A stretch of DNA of 64,000 nucleotides from Mobula hypostoma (Eukaryota), in NCBI RefSeq assembly GCF_963921235.1, contig NC_086108.1, forward strand, positions 104,844,001 to 104,908,000. Reading direction: 5' to 3'. The notes under the pieces were generated by a model. It worked only from the letters and a program-made list of their open reading frames with translations, searched no databases and was not told where the DNA came from. Shown here in pieces: positions 1-13,191 of the stretch; positions within the stretch are counted from its first letter, which is position 1; each line of letters opens with the position of its first letter. A program made the position numbers and the translations under genes.

Positions 1-195
1 TCCTAACATGTGCTGGGGCAGTTCGCGTGTATTGCCAAACTTTGGCTGGCAACCTAGCATGCCCACAACACATTAACCTTAAGCTCTATGCTTTTGTAAT
101 ATGGGAGGAAATCCACACAGTCATGGAGATGGTGTAAAAACTGCTTACAGACTGGGGCTGTGAAGCATTACACTAACCGTAACACTACTGTGCCG
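1..195 (-). mobile_element. Degenerate HE1-like tRNA-derived SINE; similar copies at about 7530-7802, 16415-17540, 26075-26395, 37400-37690, 39240-39525, 41810-42125 and 57930-58215
   Basis: Shared core (tttggaatgtgggaggaaacc...gtcatggggaga...aaactcc) recurring in both orientations; family name from recall. Confidence 0.6.
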
Positions 196-374
196 AGGAG
201 CACATGTCGGTAATAGGTAAATCATTTGATCTTTAGTCCTGCTTGATTATTGCATTGGGATGAAGCTATTTCTGGTGCTTGGTCAAGTCATTTAAAGTGG
301 ATGTTAAAAAGTTCTTGATTAATAAGGGTGTCAAAGGTTGCAGGATCAATATACAGGGGAAGGGAATAATAAAT

Positions 375-2250
375 GCAAGAGATTCTGCAGGTGCTGGAAA
401 TGCACACAAAATTCTGGAAGAACTCAGCAGGTCAGGTAGCATCTATGAAAAGAAATAAACAGTTGACAATTTGTCCAAGATCCTTCATCGGGACTGGAAA
501 TGATGGGGAAAGAAGCCAGAATTAGAAGGTGGGGGGGGGAAGGTAAGGGAGTACAAGCTAGGAGGTGACAGGTGAGACCAGGTGAAGGGGAAGTTAGGTG
601 GGGAGGGGGGGATGAAGTGAGAAGCTGGGAGGTGATGGGTGGAAAAGGTAAAGGGTTGAAGAAGAGGGTATCTGATAGGAGAGAAGAATGGACCATGGGG
701 AGGAAGGGAAAGAGGAGGGACACCAAGGGAGGTGATAGGCAGAAGAGAAGAGGTAAGAGGGGGAGCAAGAGTGGGGAATGGAAGAAGAGGGAAGAGGGAG
801 TTAGAGAAATTGATGTTGAGGTTGAGACTACCCACATGGAATAGTATGTGTGCTCCTCCAAACTGAGTGTGGTTTCATCGTCTCAGTAAAGGAGGCCATG
901 GTCTGACATGTTGGAATGGAATGGGGATAAGAGTTAAAATAGTTGGCCACCGGCAAATTCTGCTTTTGGTGGATGGAGCAGAGGTACTGGTCAATGCAGT
1001 CCCCCAACTTACGTTGCATCTCACCAATGCAGAGGAAGACGCATCTGAGCAATGGATACAGAAGATGACCTCAACAGATTTGCAGCTGAAGTATTATTTC
1101 ACCTGGAAGGACTGTCTGGGGCCCAGAGTGGAGATTAGGGAGGAGGTGAATGAGCAGGTGCAGCCTTTCTTCCGCTTACTGGGGTAAGGGCCAGGAGGGA
1201 GATTAGTGGGGAGGGACAACAGGAAAAGGGAATCACGGAGGGAGCGATTCCTGTGGAAAGTAGGAAGTGGTAAAGACGTACTTGGTGGTAGGGACCCATT
1301 GAAGATGGCAGAATATGCGGAGAATGATATGTTGGATGTGGAGGGTCATGAGGTGGTAAGGTGAGGACAAGAGGAACTCTATCCCTGTTAAGGTGGCAGG
1401 AGGATGGGGGCGAGGGCGGGTGTCTGGGAAATGGAGGGATATGGGTGGTGGCAGCATCAATGATTGAGAAAGGGAAACCCCTTTCTTTGAAGGAGAACAT
1501 CTCTGATGTTCTGGAAAGGCAAGCTTCATCCTTGGTACAGATATGGTGGAGACAAAGGAACTGAGAAAAGGGAACGCCATTTTCCAGCTGACCAGTGGAA
1601 GGGGGTATAGACAAGATAGCTGTAAGAGACAGTAAGTTTATAAAAGATATTGATAGACAGTTTGGCTCCAGAGATGGAGACAAAGAGATCGAGAAAGAGG
1701 AGGGAGGTGTAAGAAATGGACCAAGTAAATTTAAAGGTGGGGTGGTGGGGTGGAGATACGTCTGTAGCAAAGGAGCTGTATGTCCACGTTCATAAATCCT
1801 TGCCTCCGCTAGATTGCAGGCCTCCCCCCCACCTGATTAGGGTCGCATGAAGCCACAGCAGCAGGTCGTGGATGGTCACAGGAGCAGCTGATGCATATCG
1901 CAAATCCTGGCTATTCAACCACCGATGGCAGGCAGACAATCTCCGGACAGCGTTGATAATGGCTGGGGTCACACATCTCGTAAAGACACTGCCCAGAAGA
2001 AGGCAATAGTAAACCACTTCTGTGGGAAACTTTGCCAAGAACGTCATGGTCATGGAAAGCCCATGACCACGCATGTCATACGATACAGCACATAATGAAT
2101 GAACAAACAACTTTAAGGGCAGGGTGGAAGTTGGAGGCAAAGTTGCTGAAATTGATGCACTCAACATGGGTGTATGAAGCAGCACCAATGCAGTCCTCAA
2201 TGCAGTGCTGAAAGAGTTGGGAGTGTTACCAGTGAAGGCTTGGGACATTG
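375..2250 (-). mobile_element. Decayed Penelope-like element, split by a short RTE-type insertion at 1738-2111
   Basis: PFSQFLCLHHIC, RVPLVLT and GIY-YIG-like IGEMQRKLGD remnants; collinear with the copy at 3562-6630. Confidence 0.8.
1738..2111 (+). mobile_element. Short non-autonomous RTE-type element; second copy at about 19775-20125 on the minus strand
   Basis: Imperfect 8-bp TSD tttaaagg/tttaaggg; (gaat/gaac)n tail; interrupts a Penelope element that resumes collinearly. Confidence 0.7.
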
Positions 2251-3561
2251 AACATGAATAAAAAATAAACGGGATAATCAGTCAGCCATGATGGAATGGC
2301 AGAGCAGACTTGATGGGCTGAATGGCCTAATTCTGCTCCTATGCCTTGTGGTCTTATGGTCTGATATACAATGCTTCTTTGTGTATTGTGGGCCATCCAT
2401 TTGTATATTATGTACTAAATACTGATCTCCTGCATTGCTAAAACGTGAACGAAGTAACTTTGAGAATGCCATTCTCCCATCTGTTGAGGGATTAATTTAG
2501 CTGCGGCTATAATATTTATGAGCTGGAAAAGCAGCACTGTCTGCAACATCAACCCAGAAAAGCGCGAGGCATACGTTCTCCAGCATTAATATGGATGGCT
2601 GCAGCTGAAACATGTCAGGAGCTCACACTAATTGTGGCTCCACATGACAGAGACACAAGTGCCAAGGCTTTTTTTCTCACTGGGTGTACCATGGGAAGAT
2701 GTCACTTATCTTTGTTGGAGAGAGCTAATTATCATAGCGAGATTATGCTAAAAATACTCCAGTTTCTTTTTAAGTGCTGTTAAAAGTGTGGTGTCAAACC
2801 ATTAAAACTTGCCCCACACTCCCACTTTCTTGCTGTTAAGCTATACCACAGGTTGCTCCTGGTTGGAGTATCCTCACATGAATCATTTACCTGGATCCAT
2901 CCTTGTTCTCATTTCTCTGAGCGAAGCTTCGCTCTCTTTAAGGTAAAGCGTTTTATAATTTTGCTGCGGCCTCATTCTCTCATTAGCTGCTCAGACATCT
3001 TTGGATTGATGAACTTCCAATATCTCTGCCCAGCTCCAATATATTCCTAGCCCAGCGATGTTGAATGTGTCTTCATATAGTTAACACAAGTTCAGAGCAG
3101 GAGTAGACATCCTGCGTCTTCTCCAAGTAGGAGTCCACGTTCATAGATCCCGCAAAGTTCCCATGCAAGTTAGAGTGGTTAAGAAGGTGAATAGTGTGTT
3201 GGTTGTATGGGGTGTTCAGCGAGGGGTAAGACTTCTGGTGAAGGGGTTTGTTGTGTCCATTCTGGGGCAGCTCAGTCATCTTTGTTCTCCACCAGACACT
3301 CAGCTCCCACTTGTGGCTCCAAGCAGCTGTTTGCACGTGACAGTGGCCACACCACCAGTACTCCGCTTCAGCAGCCAGGCTAAACCAGGTGAGGGCAGCT
3401 GGTGGGCTCATACCCCAGTGAGGCAGGGGCACGCCTGTCCAAGCATGCAAAATTAGCTCTGGCAGACTGGGCGGGTGAGATCAACAGTGAGATCCAACGG
3501 CAAGGAAAGCAGCTTTGAAACACTCCATGGAGAACGAAAGGCATGACAAGGCACAGAGGAA

Positions 3562-6500
3562 CACGCTTAAAAATTGCTGGTGAACGCAGCAGGCCAGGTA
3601 CTATCTCTAGGAAGAGGTACAGTCGACGTTTCGGGCCGAGACCCTTTGTCAGGACTAACTGAAAGAAGAGATAGTAAGGGATTTGAAAGTGGGAGGGGGA
3701 GGGAGAGATCCGAAATGATGGGAGAAGACGGGAGGGGGAGGGATGAAGCTAAGAGCTGGGAAGTTGATTGGCAAAAGGGATATGAGGTTGGAGAAGGGAG
3801 AGGATCATGGAATGGGAGGCCTAGGGAGAAATAAAGGGAGGGGGGGAAGCCCAGAGGATGGACAAGGAGTATAGTGAGAGGGACAGAGGGAGAAAAAGTG
3901 AGAGAAAAAAAATGTATAATAATAATAAATAAGTAACTGATGGGGTACGAAGGGGAGGTGGGGCATTAACGGAAGTTAGAGAAGTCAATATTCATGCCAT
4001 CAGGTTGGAGGCTACCCAGACGGAATATAAGGAACCTGAGTGTGGCTTCATCTTTACAGTAGAGGAGGCCGTGGATAGACATATCAGAATGGGAATGGGA
4101 CGTGGAATTAAAATGTGTGGCCACTGGGAGATCTTGCTTTCTCTGGCGGACAGAGCGTAGGTGTTCAGCGAAACAGTCTCCCAGCCTGCGTCAGGTCTCA
4201 CCAATATATAGAAGGCCGCATCGGGAGCACCGGACGCAGTTGTGACAAGAATACACATAAAATTAAGATGTTTGCTGGCCTGGGTTAGCATCAGTGGCAT
4301 CAGCAAGTGGTCTGCCACCTGTCCTCAGGGGAAGGAGAGATAAGGAACAATGGAGCAGCGTCTGGAGATGTGTAATGAAGGGACGGGAGAGAGAGCTGTC
4401 TGGAGCGGCTCCCCCTTTGAACCCTGAACTGTTTGAAGTGATGGACAGGCGATACCCCAGCAGGGGGATAAAAAGGGACAGGTTCGTTAAGGCAGGACAC
4501 ACACGACACTCGAGGTAACGAGACCCTGGAAGCGGTGCACCTCTCACGAGTCGGTGGGAAGTACCGGACCTTAAACGCACAGGGCGGAAAGGTACGATCA
4601 GCGGGAACCCGGTGTGTGTCCACCCTTACTTGGGTGCCGGGTTCACTGCAGAGGATCGACCGCATCTGGAGGAGGGGTCACAGTCGGTGACCTCAGGTGA
4701 CATCACAAAGGACCCGCCCGAAAGCTGCTTGTGAGCAATATCGCCGGTCTGTGAGTGGAAGCCGTTCTGAATGATCAGTCGTTCCCGTTCTCTCTCTCCC
4801 TCCCCCCACATTGTCCATCGCCATGGCAACGATTACTGCGAACTGAACTATTAAATCGAACTGGACTTTTGTGTCACTTTGAAATTGGTCATTTACCCCT
4901 AGACAACGATAGAGCTTGATTGATGCTGTTATCTTAATTCTGTGCACATGTGTGTTTATCATTGCTGAACTGTTGCATTTATTATCCTTTCGATTACTGT
5001 GTTGCTTGTTTCTTTAATAAAACTTTCTTAGTTCTAGTAATCCAGACTCCAACTGAGTGATCCATTTCTGCTGGTTTGGCAACCCAGTTACGGGGTACGT
5101 AACACAGTATATCACCCCAGCCGACTCACAGGTGAAGTGTTGCCTCACCTGGAAGGACTGTCTGGGGCCCTGAATGGTGGTGAGGGAGGAAGTGTAAGGG
5201 TATGTGTAGCACTTGTTCCGCTTACAAGGATAAGTGCTGGAGGGAGATTGGTGGGAAGAGAGGGTGGGGACGAATGGACAAGGGAGTCGTGTAGGGAGCG
5301 ATCCCTGTGGAAAGAGGGGGGGGAGGGAAAGATGTGCTTAGTGGTGGGATCCCATCGGAGGTGGCGGAAGTTACGGAGAATTATATGTTGGACCCGGAGG
5401 CTGGTGGGGTGGTAGGTGAGGACAAGGGGAACCCTATTCCTAGTTGGGTGGCGGAAGGATGGGGTGAAAGCAGATATGCATGAAATGGGAGAGATGCATT
5501 TGAGAGCAGAGTTGATGGTGGAGGAAGAGAAGCCCCTTTCTTTAAAAAAGGAGGACATCTCCTTCGTCCTGGAATGAAAAGCCTCATCCTGAGAGCAGAT
5601 GCAGTGGAGACAGAGGAATTGCGAGAAGGGGATGGCATTTTTGCAAGAGACAGGGTGAAAAGAGGCTGTGAGAGTCCATAGGTTTATAGTAGACATCGGT
5701 AGATAAGCTGTCTCCAGAGATAGAGACAGAAAGATCCAGAAAGGGGAGGGAGGTGTTGGAAATGGACCAGGTAAACTTGAGGGCAGGGTGAAAGTTGGAG
5801 GCAGAGTTAATGAAGTCAACGAGCTCAGTGTGCATGCAGCAAGCAGCGCCAATGCAGTCGTCAATGTTGCGAAGGGAAAGTCGGGGACAGATACCAGTAT
5901 AGGCTTGGAACATGGATTGTTCCACAAAGCCAGCAAAAAGGCAGGCATAGCTGGGATTCATACGGGTGCCCATGGCTACACCTTTAGTTTGGAGGAACTG
6001 CGAGGAGCCAAAGGAGAAATTGTTAAGATTAAAGACTAATTCCGCTCGACGGAGGAGAGTGGTGGTAGAGCGGAACTGGTTAGGTCTGGAATCCAAAAAG
6101 AAGCAGAGAGCTTTGAGACCTTCCTGGTGGGGGATGGAAGTATATAGGGACTGGACATCCATGGTGAAAATAAAGCGGTGGGGGCCAGTGAACTTAAAAT
6201 CATCGAAAAATTTCAGAGCGTGAGAAGTGTCACGAACATAGGTGTGAAGGGATTGAACAAGGGGGGATAAAACAGTGTCGAGATATGCAGAAATGAGTTC
6301 AGTGGGGCAGGAGCAAGCTGAGACAATAGGTCTGCCAGGACAGGCAGGTTTGTGGATCTTGGGTAGGAGGTAGAAACGGAAAGTGCGGGGTGTGGGAACT
6401 GTAAGGTTGGTAGCAGTGGATGGGAGATCACCTGACTGGATAAAGTCGGTGATAGTGTGGGAGACAATGGCCTGGTGCTCCTTAGTGGGGTCACGATCGA

Positions 6501-6630
6501 GGGGTAAATAAGAGGAGGTATCCGTGCGTTGTCGCTGTGCCTCGGCAAGGTAGAGGTCAGTACGCCAGACTACAACAGCACCCCCTTATCGGTGGGTTTT
6601 ATAGTGATTAAGATTAGCGTGGAGGGAGGG
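3562..6630 (-). mobile_element. Penelope-like retroelement (RT plus GIY-YIG endonuclease), 5'-truncated and frameshifted
   Basis: MDVQSLYTSIPH, QTKGVAMGTRM, LRNIDDC and DVYYKP in ORF 5584..6162; GVIYCVRCSRCGLLYIGET across the LTR insertion. Confidence 0.92.
4241..5104 (+). mobile_element. Solo LTR (864 bp), Gypsy/ERV-type
   Basis: TGTGAC...GTAACA termini; perfect 4-bp TSD CAGT (4237-4240, 5105-5108); AATAAA near 5016; host Penelope resumes exactly. Confidence 0.9.
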
Positions 6631-6850
6631 AGGAATCTGCAGATGTTGGAAATCCAGAGTAACACACACAAAATGCTGGATAAACACAGCAGGTCAGGCA
6701 GCATCTATGGAGAGGAATAAACAGTCAAAGTTTTGGGCCGAGACCCTTTATCTGGTCTGGAAAGGAAAGGGGAAGCCAAAATAAAAAGCTGGAGGAAAAG
6801 GAGTTCAAACTGGAAGGTGATAGGTGAAGCTGGGTGAAAGGGAAAGTGGA

Positions 6851-8625
6851 GGAGTATTGCAGTATTGTGTTCAGTTCTGGTTGCCTCATTGCAGGAATGA
6901 TGTGAAAGCTTCAGAGAGGGTGCAGAGGAGGTTTACTAGGATGCTGCCTGGATTCGAGAGCATCTCTTAGCAGGATAGATTGAGAGAACTAAGGTTATTC
7001 GCTTTGGAGCGAAGGAGGTTAATAAGAGACCTGATAGAGTTGGACAGCATAAGAAGCATAGGTAGACTGGACAGTCAGAGATCTTCTCCCAGTGTGGAAA
7101 TGGCTAATTGATGAGGCCTAATTTTAATGGGTTTGGAGGAAATTATAGGGCGGATGTCAGAGTTAAGCTCTTTTACACAGGGAGTGATGAGTGTGTGGGA
7201 CATGCTGCTAGAGGCGCTGGTAGAGGTAGATATATTAGAAGCATTTAAGATACTCTTAGATAGGTCCATGGATGAAAGAAGAGTGGGTGGCTATGAGGGC
7301 AGGAAGGTTAGATTGATCTTGGAAAAGGTAAAAATGGTCAACACAATGCCATAGGCTGATGGGCCTGTTCTATGTTCTAGAACATCCATCCCCTCGATCT
7401 GTTCTGACATTAAATAAGACCACAGCTGATGAAGTTATAAGTTGAACCCTGCATTCCTGCTCACCTCCAGTAATATTTCATTCCCTTCCTATCAACTATT
7501 TATCTAGCTCATCAATTATTTATTTTAAAAAAATTTCTTGACACATAACAAGGAATAGGCTCTTCCGGCCCTTCCAGCCACGCCACCCAGCAATCCCTCA
7601 ATTTAATCTAATCACGGGACAATTTACAATGACCAATTAACCTACCGACCGGTGTGTCTTTGAAATGTGGGCGGAATATGGACATTCAGGGGAAACCCAT
7701 GGGGTCATGGGGAGAACATACAAACTCCTTATAGACAGTGGCAAGAAATGAACCCCGGTCTCTGGTACTGTAAAGTACTGTGCTAACCGTGAGGTTACCG
7801 AGCAGCGTTTTTATGCTCTGTCATAAAAATCAAAGCTTCTGCTTCCAGATTTCCTTACGGGAAAGAGTTCCTAAGATGCACAACACTCAAAGAGAAAGAT
7901 ATTTGTCTCAGCTTGTGTCTAGCATAGGTAACTTTTTATTTTTTTTTAGAGAGATCCACAATGGAAACAGCTTCTTCACATTGACCCTTTCAAAGCTTCT
8001 CAGGTTCTGCTTGAGCCGCAAGATTTGGAATTCTCTTCAGTATCCTAACATAGCATAAGGCATGCTTGCCTTAATTTTTTGAGGAATTTAAGTTCAAGAA
8101 TCGGGAAGTTATAAAACTCTAGTTATGAGTATTGCATTCATTTCTGGTTGCCCCATTATGGGAAGGATGTCGAGGCTTCGGAGAGGGTGCAGAAGAGGTT
8201 TACCTGTAATCAGCCTTCATGAGGAGAGTTTGGACACACTTGGGTTGTTTTCTCTAGAGCGGCAGAGGCTGAGAGGAGACCCAATAGAAGTTCATAAGAT
8301 TATGAGAAGCACTGACAGAGTAGACAGCTGGTATCTTTCTCTGAGGGTTGAAACATCAAATACTGTATGAGAGGACATGCATTTAAGGTGAGAGAGGGTA
8401 AGTTGAAAGGAGATGTGAGGGGCAAAGTTGAGCAGACTGGTGGGTGCCTGGAGTGCAGGGATAATAGAGGAGGTAGATATAGAGCATTTCAGAGGACCTT
8501 AGGGACATGAGAGGGCAGAGAATGGAGGGATATAGACACTATATAGGTTAATTTAGTTGGGTTTTAATTACTGTTTTAATTTGATCAGCACAACATTGTG
8601 GGGTGAAGTCTGTGCTCTAAACTAT
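6851..8625 (+). mobile_element. Two 3' CR1 LINE fragments (about 6851-7380 and 8060-8625) with a SINE between them
   Basis: EYCVQFW, ERVQRRFTRM and LFSLERQRLRGD-type ORF2 C-terminal remnants with CR1 tails. Confidence 0.8.
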
Positions 8626-8824
8626 TTCCTAAGTATTTGTATCACCAAATTAGACTCATAGAGTCAAAGAACAGTACAGAACAGAGACAGGCTCTTGGCC
8701 CATCCAGTCCATGGCTAACCATTTAAACTGCCTATTCCCTTCGACGTGCACCAGGACCATAGGACTTCATAGCCCTCCATACCCCTGGCAACACACACAG
8801 AATGCTGGAGGAACTTAGCAGGTC

Positions 8825-11540
8825 CATAAGGTCATTAGATATAGGAACAGAATTAGGCCATTTGGCCCATCAAGTCTGCTCCGCCATTTCTTCATGGCTG
8901 ATTCAATTTTCCTCTCAGCTCTAATCTGCTGCCTGCTTCCTGTATCCCTTCATGCCCTGAACAATAAAGAATCTATCAACCTCTGCCTTAAATATACATA
9001 AAGATTTGGCCTCCACAGCTGCCTGCAGTGAAGAATTCCACAGATTCACCACTCTCTCACTAAAGGAATTCTTCCTCATCTCCATTCTTAAAGCACATCC
9101 ACATTCTGAGGCTGTGTCCTCTGGTCTTAGGCTCTCCCATCACATCCTCTCTATCAAAGCTCTTCACCATTCAATAGGTTACGATGAGGTCACCCCTCAT
9201 TCTTCTGGATTCTAATGAATACAGGCCGACAGCCATCAAGTGCTCTTCATATGACAAGCCATTCGATTCTGGAATCATTTTTGTGAACCCTCTCCAGTTT
9301 GAGCACAGCCTTACTAAGAATTGACAATAAACTGGACCGGTCAAAGAGAATTGACAATAAACTAGACTGGTCTAAGAACACTGAGGCTGTCTACAAGAAG
9401 GGTCAGAGCCGTCTCTATTTCCTGAGGAGGCTGAGGTTCTTTAACATCTGCCGGACGATGCTGAGGATGTTCTACGAGTCTGTGGTGGCCAGTGCTATCA
9501 TGTTTGCTGTTGTGTGGTGGGGCAGCAGGCTGAGGGTAGCAGACACCAACAGAATCAACAAACTTATTCGTAAGGCCAGTGATGTTGTGGGGATGGAACT
9601 GGACTCTCTGATGGTGGTGTCTGAAAAGAGGATGCTGTCCAAGTTGCACGCCATCTTGGACAATGTCTCCCATCCACTACATAATGTACTGGTTGGGCAC
9701 AGGAGTACATTCAGCCAGAGACTCATTCCACCGAGATGCAGCACAGAGCGTCATAGGAAGTCATTCCTGCCTGTGGCCATCAAACTTTACAACTCCTCCA
9801 TTGGAGGGTCAGACACCCTGAGCCAATAGGCTGGTCCTGGACTTATTTCCTGGCATAATTTACATATTACTATTTAACTGTTTATGGTTTTATTACTATT
9901 TATTATTTATGGTGCAACTGTAATGAAAACCAATTTCCCCCGGGATCAATAAAGTATGACTATGAGTATAAGGGGCCCAAACCTGCTCACAATACTCCAA
10001 GTGAGGCCTCACCAGTTCTTTATAAAGTTTCAACATTACATCCTTGCTTTTATATTCTAGTCCTCTTGAAATGAATGCTAACATTGCCTTGGCCAGCCTC
10101 ATCATAGTCTCAACCTGCAATTTAACCTTTAGGGAATCCTATACTAGGACTCCCAAGTCCCTTTGCACCTCAGTTATTCTGAATTTTCTTTCCTTTAAAA
10201 AATAGTTAACCCTGGCATTTCCTCTACCACAGTACATGACCGTATGCTTCCCGACACTGTATTCCATCTGCCATTTCCTTGCCCATTCTCCTGATCTGTC
10301 TGTCCGTCTGTAGTCTCTCTACTTCCTCAAAACTACCAGCCCCTCCATGTATCTTCATACCTTCTGCAAAACATTCAACAAAGCCATCAATTTCATCATC
10401 CAAATCATTGACATATAACATAAAAAGAATTGGTCTCAACACAAACCCCTGTGGAACACTACTGGTCACTGGCAGCCAGCCAAAAAATGCTCTCTTTATT
10501 CCTACTCTGCCTCCTGCCAATCAGCCACTGCTTTAAACATGCTAGAATCTTCCCTGTCAAAGCATGGCCTCTTAATATAAGCATCCTCATGTATATCACC
10601 TTGTCAAAGGCCTTCTGAAAATTCAGTAATACAATATCAACTGATTCTGCTTTGGCTATCCTGCTTGTTATTTCTTCAAAACACTCCAACAGATTTATCA
10701 GGCAAGATTTTCCCTTGAGGAAACCATGCTGACTGTGGTCTATTTTATCATGTGCCTTCAAGTATCCTGAGACCTCATCCTTCATAATCAACTCCATCAT
10801 CTTCCCAGCCACTGAATATCCTCACTACACATTGCCTCTGTTTGTAAACCAGTTATATCATCTTCAGCACTCTCACCTGCCTTTCCTACAGTATTTATTG
10901 CAATGAAATATACACAGCTCTGGTCACTACTCACACCATGTTCACCCTTTTGATTCCTAACTTTGTCTAGGGTTTTACCAACATCAGCCTCCACAATCTC
11001 TCCACTAACTGTTCTGACATTCTGGTTCCCATGCCCCTGCAACTCTAGTTTAAACACCACCGTGCCATGTTAACAAACCTTCCCACTAGATATTAGTACC
11101 CCTCAAGTTCAGGTGTAAAACATCCCTTCTGTACAGGTCCCATCTTCCCTGGATCCAAAAATCTTCCCAATAATCCAAAAATCTTATGCCCTCCCTCCTA
11201 CACCAACTCCTTAGCCATGTCTTAAACTGTTTAATCTTCCTGGTTCTAGCCTCACTAGCATGTGGCACAGGTGGTAATCCTGAGGTCACAACGCTGGAGA
11301 TCCTGCCCTTTAACTTAGCACCTAACTCCCTGAACTCCCTTTGCAGAACCTCGTCACTCATCCTACCCATGTCATTGGTACCAACGTGGACCATGACTTC
11401 TGGCTGTTCACCCTCCCACTTAAGAATGTTGAGGACTCAATTCAAGATATCACGGACCCTGGCACCCGGGGGGGCAACATACCATCCCGAAATCTTGTTC
11501 TTGCCCACAGAAACTTTCATCCATTCCCCTAACTAATGAA
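8825..11540 (-). mobile_element. CR1 LINE remnants: ORF2 RT/3' end (8825-10812) and ORF1 SGNH-esterase region (about 10830-11540)
   Basis: SQHGFLKGKSCLINLLE, FQKAFDKV, SSVPQG; VHVGTNDMGR...LRSWCRREGIRFLDYW. Confidence 0.85.
9319..9966 (+). mobile_element. 5'-truncated Rex1/Babar LINE inside CR1
   Basis: ORF 9299..9829 [15 protein letters not shown]...SHPLH...SFLPVAIKLYN; aataaag(tatgac)n tail. Confidence 0.9.
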
Positions 11541-11774
11541 TCCTTGGGCAGCATCTGTGGAAAAGAGTAAACTGCCGACGCTTCGGGCTGAGACCCTTCA
11601 TCAGGACTGGAAAGGTAGAGGGAAGAGGTCAGAGGTCAGAATAAGAACATGGCCAGAGGAGAGGAAGAAGTAAAGGTGGCACGTGACAGATGAAATCTGG
11701 AGAGGGGGAGAGGGTGAAGTAAAGAGCTGGGAAATTGATTGGTGAAAGAGTTAAAGAATTGGAGAAGGAAGAAT

Positions 11775-12830
11775 GATAGAACATAGAACACAGAAGAGAA
11801 TAGCATAGTTCAGGCTCTTCAGCATACAATATAGTCCCAAACCTTTAACCTACTTTAGGATTAACTAAACACTTCCCTCCCACATAGTTTGCAACTTTTA
11901 CTTCACCCATGTGTCTGTCTAATAGTCTTTTCAATGCTCCAAATATATCTCCCCTCGACACCGTACCCAGCAGGGTGTTCCATACCGCTACCACCCTCTG
12001 TGTGAAGAGTCTACCTCAGACATCCCCTTTTCCATTCCTCCAAATGCCTCAAAGTTATGCCCCCTGGTATTAGCCATTTCCTCCCTGAGAAAAAGTCTCT
12101 GGATGTCCACTCTATCTATGCATCTTAACATCTTGTACACCTTTATCAAGTTGCCTCTCCTCTTCGTTTGCTCCAAAGAGAAATGCCCTAGCTCACTCAA
12201 ACTATGCTCAAGACCTGTTCTCTAATCCAGGCAGCCTCCTGGTAAGTCTCCTCTGCACTCCCTTAAAAGCTTCTACACCTTTCCTGGAATGATGTGACCA
12301 GAACACTCTGATGGTTGCTGAACAGGTAAACCATGGAGATAGAGTTTACATGAAGCCAGGAAGGGTTCACACTTGTCATGCATTTACCCTGTCCGGACTA
12401 GAGGTGCATGTTTATTGAAGACAAGTTGAGCAAGCTAGGGCTTTTCTCTTTGGAGGGAAGGAGGATGAAAGGTGACTTGATAGAGATGCACAAGATGAGA
12501 AGAGGTATAGACAGATTAGAGTGTCAAAGACACTTTCCCAGGGCGGAAGTGGCTAACACCAGGGAGCATAACTTTAAGGTGATTGGAGGAAGATATATCG
12601 GGAGGATGTCAAAGGTAAGTTCTTTACACAGAAAGTGGTGGGTGCATGGAATGTGCTGCCAGGGGTGGTGGCAGAGGCAGATACATTAGGGGTAGTTACT
12701 CTTAGACAGGCATGTGGATGAGAGAAAACTAGGGGGCTATGTGGGAGGGAAGGGTTAGATTGATCTTGGAGTAGGTTAACCATTGTGCGCCGAAGGACCT
12801 GTCCTGTGCTGTCATATTCTATGTTCTAAA
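11775..12830. mobile_element. Two oppositely oriented CR1 3' fragments (11775-12305 minus; 12385-12830 plus)
   Basis: ORFs 11988..12200 and 12408..12689 with LGLFSLE..RGDLIE..TRGH motifs. Confidence 0.8.
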
Positions 12831-13191
12831 TTCTATTACCACATTTAAATGGGAAAAGTTTTATTGACTTGTAAGTGACGGTGATATTTTAAGCAGTAAA
12901 TTAATATCATTTGGTAGGTCTGCAGTATTTTTGGTGGAATGCAACATATTGGTTTATTGCTTGACATAAACACATTCTGCATGAGTTATTTCTCACTGTT
13001 ACACGTATTATTTAGACAGGCATTGAGATGATCATTCAATAGCAGATGTTTTGTCCAGAATGATGGCTCATCTAGACCAGCTCTGATTTAATTATAGTTT
13101 TGCTCAGGGGATTAGATTTTCCATAAATTTTCAGTAAACAAGAACAAGGCCTTTGAAACCAACACTTGCAAAGTTTTCATAAGCAGTAACA

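Noticed and set aside
424..861. Hydrophobic Pro/Ser/Leu-rich ORFs (also near 15702, 48118, 59579 and 61342)
   Set aside because: Translations of pyrimidine-rich Penelope terminal repeats or low-complexity DNA, not membrane proteins
2890..3047. Possible next ADGRL4 exon ending at cag|gtaaat
   Set aside because: Stops in all three frames from the nearest AG tried, and no likeness to the expected TM5/ICL3 sequence; later exons probably lie beyond position 1
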